From positions 7,107 through 71,106 of the forward strand of contig JAADCS010000139.1 of the NCBI GenBank assembly GCA_013154295.1: 64,000 nt of DNA. The letters are read 5' to 3'. The notes under the pieces were generated by a model. That model was not told where the DNA came from, ran no database searches, and worked only from the letters and a program-made list of their open reading frames with translations. The first letter of the stretch is position 1. The number at the start of each line of letters is the position of its first letter. The position numbers were made by a program, and so were the translations under genes. Source of the stretch: Thermotogota bacterium. GTDB taxonomy: Bacteria > Hydrothermota > Hydrothermia > LBFQ01. Positions 1 through 9,405 of this stretch are shown here, in pieces.

Positions 1-1524
1 GCTTCCATTTCAACCGCAGATGCCCAAAGTGTTCCTCCACCGAACGCAGCTGTAGGGGTTTGGATGATGCACCATGGGGCGTCTTCCTTAAGGGGGATGC
101 AGCTTCTTCGTGGGGCCATAACGGGACCAAACGTTAGATGCTCCGGGAGTATAAGCAACGGAAGCGAAGGTGACCCCGCTATAGGAGACATAAACGGAGA
201 TGGATACAACGAGATAGTTATACTCAACTATAGCGGCATATATCTAAACGCCTACGACGGCCGCACCTGTGGAAGGCTATGGAGAGTCAGTGTGGGAAGT
301 GGAACAGGTTGGGGCACGCCAGCCTTGGGAGACGTAACACCCGACTATCCAGGTTTAGAAATAATCATAAACGTGGGAGGTAACATTCAGGCGCGTCGTG
401 GAACGGATGGAGCTTTGATATGGTCCAGATCATTTTCCTCAAGCCTCGGAGCCGTAACGATACAGGATGTAGATGGAGACGGGTACGGTGAGATCTTCGT
501 GATAGCGGGTTCCCTCTACGCCTTGGACGGTGACGGTAGCACCATATGGTCATATTCTGGAAGTAACTATTTCGGAAACGTGGCTGTGTTTGATATAAAC
601 AACGACTCCTTCTACGAGGTCATAGGTGTGGTGGGTAATTACGTTAGGGTATTCAGAGCCACCGATGGAACGTTACTGTGGTCTTACTATCTTGGCAGAG
701 AAGGTAACCCGGCGGTGGGGGACTTGGACAACGACGGATACGCCGAGGTCGTGATCAACACCGGTAACGGACATGTCTATGCCTTTCACCACGATGGCAC
801 CCTTTATTGGGACAGGAACACCGGCTGTGGGTCCTATTGGGGCAGGCTTAACTCCACTACCATAGCCGATGTAACGGGAGATGGATACAGAGATGTACTT
901 TTCGGATGCATGCCCTATTCCACTGGGTACCTTTACGTGTTAAGAGGGACGGATGGAACCACCCAATGGTCCTATTCTGGAACTAGGAGCGGCTATCAGG
1001 CTCTTGGACGGAAAATAGCAGATCTGGATGGGGATGGTGTTTTGGAGATCATCATAACTGGTGCCCGCTACGGTTCTGCTCCCTATTTGGCTATACTCCA
1101 AGGTACGGACGGAAGCTTAGAATGGTCTTACAGCAGCGACTATTTTGAAGGTACCTCCATCGGCGACGTGGATAACGACAGCTGCATGGAACTGGTCTCA
1201 AGCGGAGACTTCTCCAGTACGACCTTTTACATCTTCGACTCCCCGGATCCAGCTTATGACTGCGGCATAACTTCGGAGGATGGAGATTTGGGAAGTTATG
1301 AAAAGAAGGTCAAAGAACCCATAAAGCTCCTGGTGAAGGTGAGAGGGAGAGTTGTGGAGTTCAACGTGGGTTCGGCCAGAACCCTGCTCATATACGATGC
1401 GACCGGGCGCTTAGTACGCACCCTGCAGAGTTCTAACGGGAAAGCCAAGACCACCCTATCCAGTGGTGTGTATATCGTAAAAGTGGAGGGTGTGGCCGTC
1501 TCATCGGCCTTCGTGGTAAAGTGA
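1..1524 (+). CDS. FG-GAP/VCBS-type beta-propeller repeat protein with T9SS-type C-terminal sorting domain (5' end outside window)
   Basis: Frame 1 is open from nt 1, with no stop before the ATG at 64, so the N-terminus is off-window. Repeated Ca-binding-like motifs (GDINGDGYNEIVI, QDVDGDGYGEIFV, GDLDNDGYAEVVI, ADLDGDGVLEIII) alternate with GTDG-x-x-W-S-Y strands. The C-terminal ~70 aa (LLIYDATGRLVRTL...GVYIVKVEG...AFVVK) fits the Por/T9SS CTD pattern. Paralog of 42042..43622. Confidence 0.8.
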   Translation, partial: ASISTADAQSVPPPNAAVGVWMMHHGASSLRGMQLLRGAITGPNVRCSGSISNGSEGDPAIGDINGDGYNEIVILNYSGIYLNAYDGRTCGRLWRVSVGSGTGWGTPALGDVTPDYPGLEIIINVGGNIQARRGTDGALIWSRSFSSSLGAVTIQDVDGDGYGEIFVIAGSLYALDGDGSTIWSYSGSNYFGNVAVFDINNDSFYEVIGVVGNYVRVFRATDGTLLWSYYLGREGNPAVGDLDNDGYAEVVINTGNGHVYAFHHDGTLYWDRNTGCGSYWGRLNSTTIADVTGDGYRDVLFGCMPYSTGYLYVLRGTDGTTQWSYSGTRSGYQALGRKIADLDGDGVLEIIITGARYGSAPYLAILQGTDGSLEWSYSSDYFEGTSIGDVDNDSCMELVSSGDFSSTTFYIFDSPDPAYDCGITSEDGDLGSYEKKVKEPIKLLVKVRGRVVEFNVGSARTLLIYDATGRLVRTLQSSNGKAKTTLSSGVYIVKVEGVAVSSAFVVK

Positions 1525-1540
1525 GGTCCAATTTCAGGCG

Positions 1541-1546
1541 TACAAT
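1541..1546 (+). promoter_or_regulatory. -10-like box TACAAT, 11 nt upstream of tal ATG
   Basis: No SD between box and ATG. Part of the window-wide pattern. Confidence 0.4.
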
Positions 1547-1557
1547 AGGCGGTTGAT

Positions 1558-2208
1558 ATGAGGATATTCGTGGATTCCGCCGATGTAGAGGAAATAAAAC
1601 GTCTTCATAAACTGGGCTTCATATCCGGAGCGACTACCAATCCCAGCTTGGTGGCCAAATCGGGTCTTGAACCCGAAAAAATATACACCGAACTTGCCGG
1701 CTTACTAGAACATGTCTCCGCCGAAGTGGTAGCTGAAGATTCCGAAGGTATGTACGAAGAAGGCAAGAGGTTAGCATCCCTCCATCCCAACGTGGTCGTA
1801 AAAATTCCCTTCACCCCCGAAGGTCTAAAAGCCGTAAAAGCCCTCAAATCCGAGGGAGTACGTGTAAACGTCACGCTGATCTTCTCATCGGCCCAGGCAC
1901 TCATCGCTGCCCGCGTAGGTGCCGATTTCGTCTCTCCTTTCATCGGACGCATAGACGACATAGGCTACTCTGGGGTTGAAGTCATAAGCCAAACTGCCAA
2001 GATCTTTACCCTGCACGATATACCTACGAGAATAATAGCTGCCAGCATACGTCATCCGGCTCACTTCATAGATGCGGCCCTCTCCGGTGCCCACATAGCC
2101 ACGGTACCACCAACGGTACTCTGGAAGCTAATGAAACACCCTCTGACCGACATAGGTCTTGAGAGATTCCTTGCCGATTGGAGAAAGGTACAAGAGAACG
2201 AAAAATGA
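1558..2208 (+). CDS. tal: transaldolase / fructose-6-phosphate aldolase (short TalC/Fsa-type)
   Basis: 216 aa. MRIFVDSADVEEIK...GATTNPSL...VVKIP...NVTLIFS...SPFIGRIDD is the classic short transaldolase pattern. Confidence 0.9.
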   Translation: MRIFVDSADVEEIKRLHKLGFISGATTNPSLVAKSGLEPEKIYTELAGLLEHVSAEVVAEDSEGMYEEGKRLASLHPNVVVKIPFTPEGLKAVKALKSEGVRVNVTLIFSSAQALIAARVGADFVSPFIGRIDDIGYSGVEVISQTAKIFTLHDIPTRIIAASIRHPAHFIDAALSGAHIATVPPTVLWKLMKHPLTDIGLERFLADWRKVQENEK

Positions 2209-2996
2209 TGGAGAAGGTCCGTGCTGCCCTCTTCCTGTTCCTGGCCCTCGGTTTGGGGGCAGCCGGTCTTTTATGGCTTAAAAATTTTTCCTTGGGTAAG
2301 AGATACCACTATGGAGCTGTCTTCAGGACAGCCGGTTTTTTAGGTAACGGTGATCCGGTTAGCCTTCAAGGCGTCAACGTGGGTAGGATAGAGCGCATAG
2401 AAATATACACCGATAGCGTTATAATACGTTTTTACACGGAGAGGATAAGACTTCGGAAGGGGGCCTATGCCCGAATAGAGAACGAGGGAGTGGTTGGTAA
2501 CCGTAAACTGGCCATATACCAAGGGAAAGGAGAGTTTCTACCGGAGGGTGCCTTGATAAAGGGAGAGGAGACCCCCACCTTTACGGACTTCATATTTCTG
2601 ATAGATCGCATACTTCAGAACTTTGAGGTCATATCTGCCAAAACCGATACCACCTTGACCAACGCTAACCTTCTGCTGCTACGTACCCGTCGCGATCTGG
2701 CCAACCTTTCGGCGGATCTAAGGGATCTGGTAAGATCCATCAAGAGCCTTACGGAAAACACCAACGCCAAAGTAGATGCCGTGTCCTATCAGATGTTACA
2801 GATAAGTAACCGTCTTGACGAGACCGTTTCGGCTGTGGATTCTTTCATAAACTCCGAAGGTACGATTCAAAAACTCATGACCGAAGATTCCCTTTACAAC
2901 GAACTTAACCTAACCGTAAAGGAATTGAGGAACCTTATAGAAGATATAAAGTCCCGCCCCGAAAGGTACATAAACCTGCAAATAAGAATCTTCTAA
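2205..2996 (+). CDS. MlaD/MCE-domain protein
   Basis: N-terminal TM helix (AALFLFLALGLGAAGLLWL) followed by an MCE-like core (YHYGAVFRTAGFLGNGDPVSLQGVNVGRIERIEI) and a coiled-coil tail. ATG 2205 overlaps the tal stop (ATGA). The ORF track starts at 2178. Confidence 0.7.
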   Translation: MMEKVRAALFLFLALGLGAAGLLWLKNFSLGKRYHYGAVFRTAGFLGNGDPVSLQGVNVGRIERIEIYTDSVIIRFYTERIRLRKGAYARIENEGVVGNRKLAIYQGKGEFLPEGALIKGEETPTFTDFIFLIDRILQNFEVISAKTDTTLTNANLLLLRTRRDLANLSADLRDLVRSIKSLTENTNAKVDAVSYQMLQISNRLDETVSAVDSFINSEGTIQKLMTEDSLYNELNLTVKELRNLIEDIKSRPERYINLQIRIF

Positions 2997-3779
2997 ATGG
3001 AAATACAACTTTTGGTCGTCCTTCTTGGAGGGATACTCCTTGGCCTGACTTCCTTTTTTGTCGTTTCCAAGGGCCTGGCCTTCGCCACAACCGGTGTGGC
3101 CCATGCCATGTTCGGAGGTATAGCTTTGGCCGTAGCTGTAGGGGTGAATCCTCAAATAGGAGGTTTCACATTCGGCCTTCTGATGGGTATCGGAATGCAC
3201 GTGTTTGGTCGTCGGCTACCCCAAGATGCGGTGATAGGCCTTACCTTTTCCTTCTTGATGAGTGTAGGAGCTATAGCTTTACGTTTCTACAGGGGATATG
3301 CGAATCTCCTTTGGTCCTACATGTTTGGCAACATAACTTTGGCGACCCCCTCCTCGGCGTCGGTGCTACTCGTCCTGTTTGTAGTCGTCTCTACACTCTT
3401 ACTGAAGTTTCGCTCTACGATCCAGCTCTACATGTTCAACGAAGAGATAGCGGCGGCCGAGAGGATACCCATACGGGCATACGATGCCGTTATCATGCTT
3501 ACGATAACACTGATCATCATCTTCACCTTACGGGTCTTTGGATCCATACTGACCTCCTCCATGGCGGTAGTTCCAGCCCTCATCTCCTTCATGCTCTTCG
3601 GAGGATTTTGGTTCTCCCTGTTAATGAGTGCGTTCATATCGGTACTACTCTCTACCACCGGATACGCGTTGGCCTACCTCCTTGATCTTCCCTTCGGTGC
3701 TATCACGACCACCTTATCCTTTCTCTCCTTCGTTATGGTTTGGGTACTACGTATGAGGAAAGTATGGTTGAAGGTTTAG
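2997..3779 (+). CDS. ABC-3 family metal (Zn/Mn/Fe) ABC transporter permease
   Basis: 260 aa polytopic membrane protein. GLAFATTGVAHAMFGGIALAVAVG resembles the ZnuB/MntB-type ABC-3 signature. No cognate ATPase or binding protein is adjacent. Confidence 0.65.
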   Translation: MEIQLLVVLLGGILLGLTSFFVVSKGLAFATTGVAHAMFGGIALAVAVGVNPQIGGFTFGLLMGIGMHVFGRRLPQDAVIGLTFSFLMSVGAIALRFYRGYANLLWSYMFGNITLATPSSASVLLVLFVVVSTLLLKFRSTIQLYMFNEEIAAAERIPIRAYDAVIMLTITLIIIFTLRVFGSILTSSMAVVPALISFMLFGGFWFSLLMSAFISVLLSTTGYALAYLLDLPFGAITTTLSFLSFVMVWVLRMRKVWLKV

Positions 3780-4345
3780 TTTTTGGAACCGCCTTAGTGC
3801 TGACACCTGTAAGCGTATATGCGTGGGATGAACCTCTAAGAGGGTGGATACTTGAACATAGGAACGAGGAGGTGGATCTAATCTTAGGGGTGGTAAATCC
3901 TTTGGGTGATGGGAGACTTCACGTTCTAATGTGGGGTGGAACCTTCCTCCTCGGAACCGCCCTAAAAAACGAAGATTTGCAGGATTTTGGAAAGTGGGGT
4001 ACAGTTTCCTTCGTTTCCACCGGTCTTTTAACCGTGGGTCTCAAGAGTCTAATAGGCAGAGCACGTCCCTACTTGAACCTTGGGCCACACTCCTTCTCAC
4101 CGCTAACGTTAGATGATGACTACCACTCCCTCCCCTCCGGTCACACATCCGTCGCCTTCTCCACCGCTGGTTACCTCTGGGCTAGAACTTCCTCTCCTTG
4201 GATCAGGTGGGGATCCCTGGTTCTGGCTTCTGGTGTGGGAGCAGCCCGTATATACAAAGACAGGCATTGGTTGTCGGACGTGATATTGGGTGCCGGTTTG
4301 GGATTTTCGGTGGGATACTTTACAGGTCGCATAGGCAAGCGTTAG
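3764..4345 (+). CDS. PAP2-family phosphatase (phosphatidic acid / undecaprenyl-PP phosphatase-like)
   Basis: All three PAP2 motifs are present: KSLIGRARP, PSGH, and ARIYKDRHWLSDV (SRx5Hx3D-like). ATG 3764 is preceded by GAGGA. The ORF track begins at TTG 3740. Confidence 0.8.
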   Translation: MVEGLVFGTALVLTPVSVYAWDEPLRGWILEHRNEEVDLILGVVNPLGDGRLHVLMWGGTFLLGTALKNEDLQDFGKWGTVSFVSTGLLTVGLKSLIGRARPYLNLGPHSFSPLTLDDDYHSLPSGHTSVAFSTAGYLWARTSSPWIRWGSLVLASGVGAARIYKDRHWLSDVILGAGLGFSVGYFTGRIGKR

Positions 4346-4389
4346 CGCCCATCTTTTAAAGGTAGCAACTTCTACCGTAAAATACCCCC

Positions 4390-6018
4390 GTGATGAAAAA
4401 GATACTCCCTTTGGTAGTTTTGGGTTTGGCAACTCCCCTTTACGGGGGATTCGTACTCTACGAAAACTTTGAGGGTGGTGTTCCTCCCACCGGTTGGGAT
4501 ACCACCTACGCATCCCGCTACGTTTCCTGGTACCAGCGAACATACTCCTATCCGCCCGGTGTAGAGTTCGGATCCTACTACGCTGGTGTAAAGGTAAGCA
4601 GCACCTACTCCTCCGACACTGGAAATGCCACCCTGATCACACCGATTTTGGATCTCTCGGCCATGGCTGGCCCGGAGACCTTGAGCTTTTACTACCGCTT
4701 TAGCTCCGATACCTCCATGGGATCGGACGACACCATATACGTTGAACTTGGGCCAGGCGGCGATTTCACATCCCCCGTTGTTCTTTATACCATAACAGCT
4801 GACTATCCACAACCTACGACCATGACCGAAGTTAGGATAGGCCTTGATGCCTACGATGGAACCAGTGTGGCTATACGTTTCAGATACCGCAACAACGATG
4901 ATGGTGGAGTGTCGGGTTTCAACCGTTACTTCTGGCTTGACAGAGTCGTAGTCTTCAACCCATCGACCAACAATCCTCCGGAGATCTTCTTCGTAGGCCA
5001 CGATCCTTCCAATCCCGACAGTAACGTTTATGTGAATGTAGCCTACGTGGCCTTCGACAGCGACGGCTCCATAGCCAACGTGGAAGTGCGTTATTGGTAC
5101 AACTCCGGTTCTCCCTCTTCAGTTTCGGCCGTAATGGACACGGGAAGCGTGTATGTGGCCCAGATACCCCCGCCTGATTTTTACTCCAAAACCAAGTTCT
5201 ACGCCGTAGCTTACGACGACAGCGGTGATTCGGCCATTTATCCGGTTAGGTTCTTCGTCCACGGTTTCAAAACGATAGGTGAAGCCCGTACCCTGCCGGA
5301 TGGAGACACGGTTCAGGTGAAAGGTGTTCTCACAGCCAACACCTTCGGTAAACCTGAATATATACAGGATTCCACAGCTGGAATAGCCATCTACGACTAC
5401 AACTTCCACGATGCCTTCTCCATGCCCTCGGACCTGGGTTACGAAGTAGCCGTGGCCGGTATACTTTACACCTACAACAACCTCCGCGAGATGGTAACTC
5501 TCTCAGCCTTTGACACCTTAACCTACGTGGGTGTTCCGGATCCCTTGGTTATAACCATAGCCGATGTAGGTGAGCCTTACGAGGGCATGCTGGCACGTAT
5601 AGATAACGTGCAGTTCCTGGATACCACGGGAACCTTCGCTGGCAGCACCAATTATACCGTAACCGATGGTGTAGACAACCTAACGGTGCGCATAGATGCC
5701 GATACTGACATTCCCGGCATGGAGGTGCCCAACGAGGTCCTGTCCATAATCGGTATAGTGGGCCAGTACAACACCACCTACCAGCTTTTACCTCGCAGTA
5801 GGGAAGATTTCCTGATGACAGCTGTAGCCGAGAGACCTTCCAAAAATCGAACTTCACTCTTTAAGGTTGTGTCCGGAGGTTTGGAGTTGCAAACCGAAGC
5901 CAGCGTATATAGGGCGGATGGAAGACTCATCTTTACGGGTAGCGGAAGGATCAGATTAAAACCCGGCGTTTATTTTGTAAAATCCGGAAGCCTTCTAAGG
6001 AAGGTGTTACTTAGATGA
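4390..6018 (+). CDS. secreted T9SS-CTD protein with N-terminal 'choice-of-anchor J'-like domain and OB-fold (YhcR/DUF5689-like) module
   Basis: Clear signal peptide (MKKILPLVVLGLATPLYG). YENFEGGVPPTGWDT...SWY start. Central IGEARTLPDGDTVQVKGVLTAN...YIQDSTAGIAIYD...YNNLREM and GIVGQYNTTYQLLPRSREDF resemble extracellular nuclease OB modules. C-terminal YRADGRLIF...GVYFVKSG...KVLLR matches the CTD pattern. Confidence 0.7.
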   Translation: MMKKILPLVVLGLATPLYGGFVLYENFEGGVPPTGWDTTYASRYVSWYQRTYSYPPGVEFGSYYAGVKVSSTYSSDTGNATLITPILDLSAMAGPETLSFYYRFSSDTSMGSDDTIYVELGPGGDFTSPVVLYTITADYPQPTTMTEVRIGLDAYDGTSVAIRFRYRNNDDGGVSGFNRYFWLDRVVVFNPSTNNPPEIFFVGHDPSNPDSNVYVNVAYVAFDSDGSIANVEVRYWYNSGSPSSVSAVMDTGSVYVAQIPPPDFYSKTKFYAVAYDDSGDSAIYPVRFFVHGFKTIGEARTLPDGDTVQVKGVLTANTFGKPEYIQDSTAGIAIYDYNFHDAFSMPSDLGYEVAVAGILYTYNNLREMVTLSAFDTLTYVGVPDPLVITIADVGEPYEGMLARIDNVQFLDTTGTFAGSTNYTVTDGVDNLTVRIDADTDIPGMEVPNEVLSIIGIVGQYNTTYQLLPRSREDFLMTAVAERPSKNRTSLFKVVSGGLELQTEASVYRADGRLIFTGSGRIRLKPGVYFVKSGSLLRKVLLR

Positions 6019-7103
6019 CAGAGCAAAGGGGGGCACAAAGTAGGCGCCCCCCGCCTTATAATAGTGAGCCTATGATCGGTTTTCTACTTGCTGCAGTCTT
6101 AACGGAAGAGCAAGCCGGTTGCATGGGAGAGGGAAGCGAGATCGCGCCGATGGCCACATACTCTCCTCCTGCCGGAGTCATATCGGTCACCACCCAGGAC
6201 GGTCAGATATACCGTTTTCAGTATCCTCCCGGCACGGAACACTACAGGCTTGGATGCTATTGCAACGGGTGGGGCATAGGGTACGGTTCGAGTACCTACC
6301 GTTACACACACTACGACAACAGCCTCTACGGTGTATCTCTCGTCTCCTCAACCACGCTGGAATGGGGGCCCACCTACTACCGTTGGAGGGTAACCTACAG
6401 AACCAACGACAACTACTTCATCGTAACCCATAACTTTTCCTACTGTCCTACGGTCGGAGCTTTAAGGGTCGTTAGTGTTATAACTAACAACTCTGGGGTC
6501 ACCCAGTACGGTGTTAAGTTCAAAAGGTACATAGACTGGGATGTCAACCCCGGTTACTTCTCCAACAACTATTTCTACAGGACCAGCGATATGTGTTATG
6601 CCGCATCCAGCGGCTACATCCGGTACGTGGGTTTGGCTGCCCTTTCGCCGACTCCAAGTGTGATAGAGCTATACGGCTGGGATCACTACAGCACCTACAC
6701 TTCCAGCCCCGATTACGGCTACTATAATGGGGACGGTTACTGTCTTTTGGACTGGTCTTTGGGAACGATGGCTGCTGGCGAAACTAGGGTCATAGACGCC
6801 TGTTACGTGGCCGGCTCCTCCTACAGCGATCTCCTAGCCCAAAAGAGCGCATGTAACACCTGTATAGTCGGCTCCGGCGATGAGTTAGGCGTTGGAGAGG
6901 CTAAGGCTGTTCGTGACCCCATCATACGTACGGTTTCGGGAGGCATAACTATAGACCACTACGAGGGCGAGGTGAAAGTCTTTCATTCAGATGGTAGGTT
7001 AGTTTACGAAAACGCCCACTATACCGGTGGCACCGTACCGCTCAAGAAAGGCCTGTACGTTGTGAAACTACAGGGCTATAGCTCAGCCGTAATAGTTAAA
7101 TAG
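6015..7103 (+). CDS. hypothetical secreted protein with T9SS-type CTD
   Basis: ATGA overlap with the upstream gene. C-terminal VKVFHSDGRLVYE...GLYVVKLQGYSSAVIVK fits the CTD pattern. The Y/W/G/S-rich body has no recognisable catalytic motif. Confidence 0.65.
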   Translation: MTEQRGAQSRRPPPYNSEPMIGFLLAAVLTEEQAGCMGEGSEIAPMATYSPPAGVISVTTQDGQIYRFQYPPGTEHYRLGCYCNGWGIGYGSSTYRYTHYDNSLYGVSLVSSTTLEWGPTYYRWRVTYRTNDNYFIVTHNFSYCPTVGALRVVSVITNNSGVTQYGVKFKRYIDWDVNPGYFSNNYFYRTSDMCYAASSGYIRYVGLAALSPTPSVIELYGWDHYSTYTSSPDYGYYNGDGYCLLDWSLGTMAAGETRVIDACYVAGSSYSDLLAQKSACNTCIVGSGDELGVGEAKAVRDPIIRTVSGGITIDHYEGEVKVFHSDGRLVYENAHYTGGTVPLKKGLYVVKLQGYSSAVIVK

Positions 7104-8734
7104 TGTGGTTTCTGCCCTTTCTGGACACCCTTCTGCTGTACGGGGGGCTTGAGAGAGGGGATCTGAACTACGATAAGGATCTGGCCGTGCGCACCTCTCT
7201 CAAACCCCCACCCGTTTTAAATTCTTTAGCTGATCCCCTTAACTTCGCACGGAGTTCCATCCATCTCGGCAGAGAGTTCGTGAGCCTAAAACCGCAGGAA
7301 ATACCACTCAAGGTGTGGCAAGTGAAATTCAAACCTATAAGGATGCGTACCCACTTCAGCATAAACGACAGCGTCATCGGTAAGGTTGTGGAACTACTCC
7401 ATTGCAATGATTACTTCACCGGTAGGGCCTTAAGCAGATTGGACAGAAGGCGATATTCTCTACGTGACTCCCTACTAAAGCTATGGGATCCAGACTCCGA
7501 AGACAGCCTAACCCACGCCCAGGTTAAACTCCTAAGCGACTCTGTGGATTATAATCTACTTCTCAACGCACTTAACTGCCTTTTAAACGTGGATAGTACC
7601 TTGGTTCCATCCTTGGATGGGGACTTCCAATACGAATACGTAACCGGCTTCGGTAAAGTGGCAGTGGGAGGTAAGGGAAGTAACACCTATCGTGGAAAGT
7701 ATGTGGCTATATACGACTTCGGGGGTGATGATGAGTACGAGCTGGAAACCTCCCCCGTCCTCATAGTGGATCTAGAAGGTGACGATCGCTACGAGGGGGA
7801 GTTCGCGGTGGGGATATTGGGAGTATCGGCTCTTTACGACTTCGGCGGGGATGACACCTACACTTGCAAGGGTATGTGTGCGGGTGTAGGTCTGGTAGGT
7901 TTTGGCCTGTTGTACGATATGTCAGGCGATGACTTTTACTCCGGGGGCTTCCATTCCCTTGGAAGCGGAACCTTCGGCGGTGGTTTCCTGATAGATGAAG
8001 CCGGGAATGACATCTACAAGACCGTGATATACGGGCAAGGTTTCGCCGGCACCTATGGCATGGGAGTCCTTTCGGATCGTTCCGGGAACGACACCTACAC
8101 CCTAGGCTATGGGCCAATCCACAAACCCCTCTTCATAAGGCAACATCAGGGTTTAGGCCAAGGTTTTTCCATAGGATGGAGGGATCGTTTCGGTGGGGGT
8201 GTGGGAATCTTAGCTGATGGTGGAGGTAATGATGTATACGCGTCGGGAACCTACGCTCAAGGTGTAGCTTACTGGTACGGCTTAGGCCTGCTGTACGACG
8301 GCGGAGGGGACGACAGGTATCTGTGTGCCCAATACTGTCAGGGAGCCGGTATACATTTGGCCGTGGGTGGTCTAGTAGATATGGATGGAAACGACCTCTA
8401 TTACGCCCTCTATGGGCCGAGCATAGGTGAGGGTCACGATCTATCCGTCGGATTTTTCTATGACTCCACTGGTAACGACACCTACTACACCAGTGGGGGG
8501 TTCGGGGTCGGTCTCACGAACTCGGTGGGTATCTTCGTGGATGGTTCCGGAAAGGACAGCTATTCGGCCAAGGAAGACATCTCTTTCGGCGGAGCCAACC
8601 GCGAGAGGGAGATGGGTGGTGTGGGTATATTCCTTGATTTAGGCGGAGATAGGGATACCTATCCCTTCGGATTTCATGTAAAGAACGGTTCCCTTTGGGT
8701 TAGACCCCAGTGGGGTTTGGGATGGGACCGGTAG
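7103..8734 (+). CDS. uncharacterised repeat protein (12-13 x D-x-x-G-[ND]-D-x-Y units), paralog A
   Basis: GTG start overlaps the upstream TAG. A ~185-aa helical N-domain is followed by repeats DFGGDDEY, DLEGDDRY, DFGGDDTY, DMSGDDFY, DEAGNDIY, DRSGNDTY, DGGGNDVY, DGGGDDRY, DMDGNDLY, DSTGNDTY, DGSGKDSY, spaced ~20-35 aa apart and separated by G-x-G-rich strands. Confidence 0.7.
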   Translation: MWFLPFLDTLLLYGGLERGDLNYDKDLAVRTSLKPPPVLNSLADPLNFARSSIHLGREFVSLKPQEIPLKVWQVKFKPIRMRTHFSINDSVIGKVVELLHCNDYFTGRALSRLDRRRYSLRDSLLKLWDPDSEDSLTHAQVKLLSDSVDYNLLLNALNCLLNVDSTLVPSLDGDFQYEYVTGFGKVAVGGKGSNTYRGKYVAIYDFGGDDEYELETSPVLIVDLEGDDRYEGEFAVGILGVSALYDFGGDDTYTCKGMCAGVGLVGFGLLYDMSGDDFYSGGFHSLGSGTFGGGFLIDEAGNDIYKTVIYGQGFAGTYGMGVLSDRSGNDTYTLGYGPIHKPLFIRQHQGLGQGFSIGWRDRFGGGVGILADGGGNDVYASGTYAQGVAYWYGLGLLYDGGGDDRYLCAQYCQGAGIHLAVGGLVDMDGNDLYYALYGPSIGEGHDLSVGFFYDSTGNDTYYTSGGFGVGLTNSVGIFVDGSGKDSYSAKEDISFGGANREREMGGVGIFLDLGGDRDTYPFGFHVKNGSLWVRPQWGLGWDR

Positions 8735-9374
8735 TGACCTTTTCGGCCACAAAGAGGTAAGTGGAACCCAAATAGAAATAGTACGTTTTCCGCAACAAAA
8801 AGCCACTCTCTCTCAATAAGCTCTCCATACGACTACGTCCTGGAAAGTTGAGAATGCTTTTAAACAGGTAGATGTAGTCAAAGGGATTACCGCCAAATGC
8901 AGGCGAAAGCAATGGCATAACCAAGGCCACGTAAGGGAGCTGAATCCAAGAGAGAGGGTGATCACCTATCTTCATTTCCAGTATCAAAAGCTTGCCGCCG
9001 GGAACGAGGACACGATTGAACTCCCTTAGAGCCGCCAACTTATCGAGAACATTGCGAAGACCGAAAGCTATGCTTACCGTCTTAAAACTTTCGTTTCTTA
9101 TGGGTAAATTTTCAGCATCCCCGACTATGAGAGGGAAATTTCCCTTCGCCCTTTTTAACATACCTAAAGCTATATCCACACCCATCTTGGAGCCATGGTG
9201 GTAGAGACGGAGGACGTTTCCCTCACCCGTAGCCACGTCCAAAAGGGGTCCCTCCACCTCTTTTATAAGGTACCGCCTCCACGTTAGGTTCCTACCGAAG
9301 GAAAAGATAACGTTCCTGGCCTCATACATCCGCATGTTCTCAAACATATAACTTATACGCCTTTTATCCTGCAT
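8700..9374 (-). CDS. ubiE: class I SAM-dependent methyltransferase, UbiE/MenG (demethylmenaquinone methyltransferase) family
   Basis: LLDVATGEGNV (motif I), GDAENLPIRNESFKTVSIAFGLRNV (UbiE-type GLRNV signature) and LVPGGKLLILEM. Confidence 0.75.
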   Translation of the reverse strand: MQDKRRISYMFENMRMYEARNVIFSFGRNLTWRRYLIKEVEGPLLDVATGEGNVLRLYHHGSKMGVDIALGMLKRAKGNFPLIVGDAENLPIRNESFKTVSIAFGLRNVLDKLAALREFNRVLVPGGKLLILEMKIGDHPLSWIQLPYVALVMPLLSPAFGGNPFDYIYLFKSILNFPGRSRMESLLRESGFLLRKTYYFYLGSTYLFVAEKVTTGPIPNPTGV

Positions 9375-9377
9375 CCG

Positions 9378-9405
9378 GGTATTCTATCGGCGACCGTAGA
9401 ATACC
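9378..9405. promoter_or_regulatory. palindromic divergent -10 pair (ubiE <-> recF)
   Basis: GGTATTCTA-N10-TAGAATACC, a perfect 9-bp inverted repeat. Each arm supplies a TAGAAT box, 6 nt from the ubiE ATG on the minus strand and 8 nt upstream of the recF AGGAGG on the plus strand. Confidence 0.5.

Noticed and set aside
4372-5001. 209-aa minus-strand ORF antisense to the 4390..6018 cargo gene
   Set aside because: It lies entirely within a plus-strand gene that has a signal peptide, domain motifs and a CTD. The antisense product has no motif and no start context, so it is a shadow ORF.
6285-6291. tRNA-like T-loop string GGTTCGA (also GTTCGAA at 36908-36914)
   Set aside because: Both lie inside well-supported CDSs, and no acceptor or anticodon stems can be drawn. 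No tRNA gene was found in the window.
7655-8680. Classifying the GNDxY repeats as RTX/haemolysin-type Ca-binding nonapeptides
   Set aside because: The period is ~20-25 aa, not 9. The GGxGxDxUx consensus is not met, and there is no C-terminal T1SS signal or neighbouring T1SS genes.
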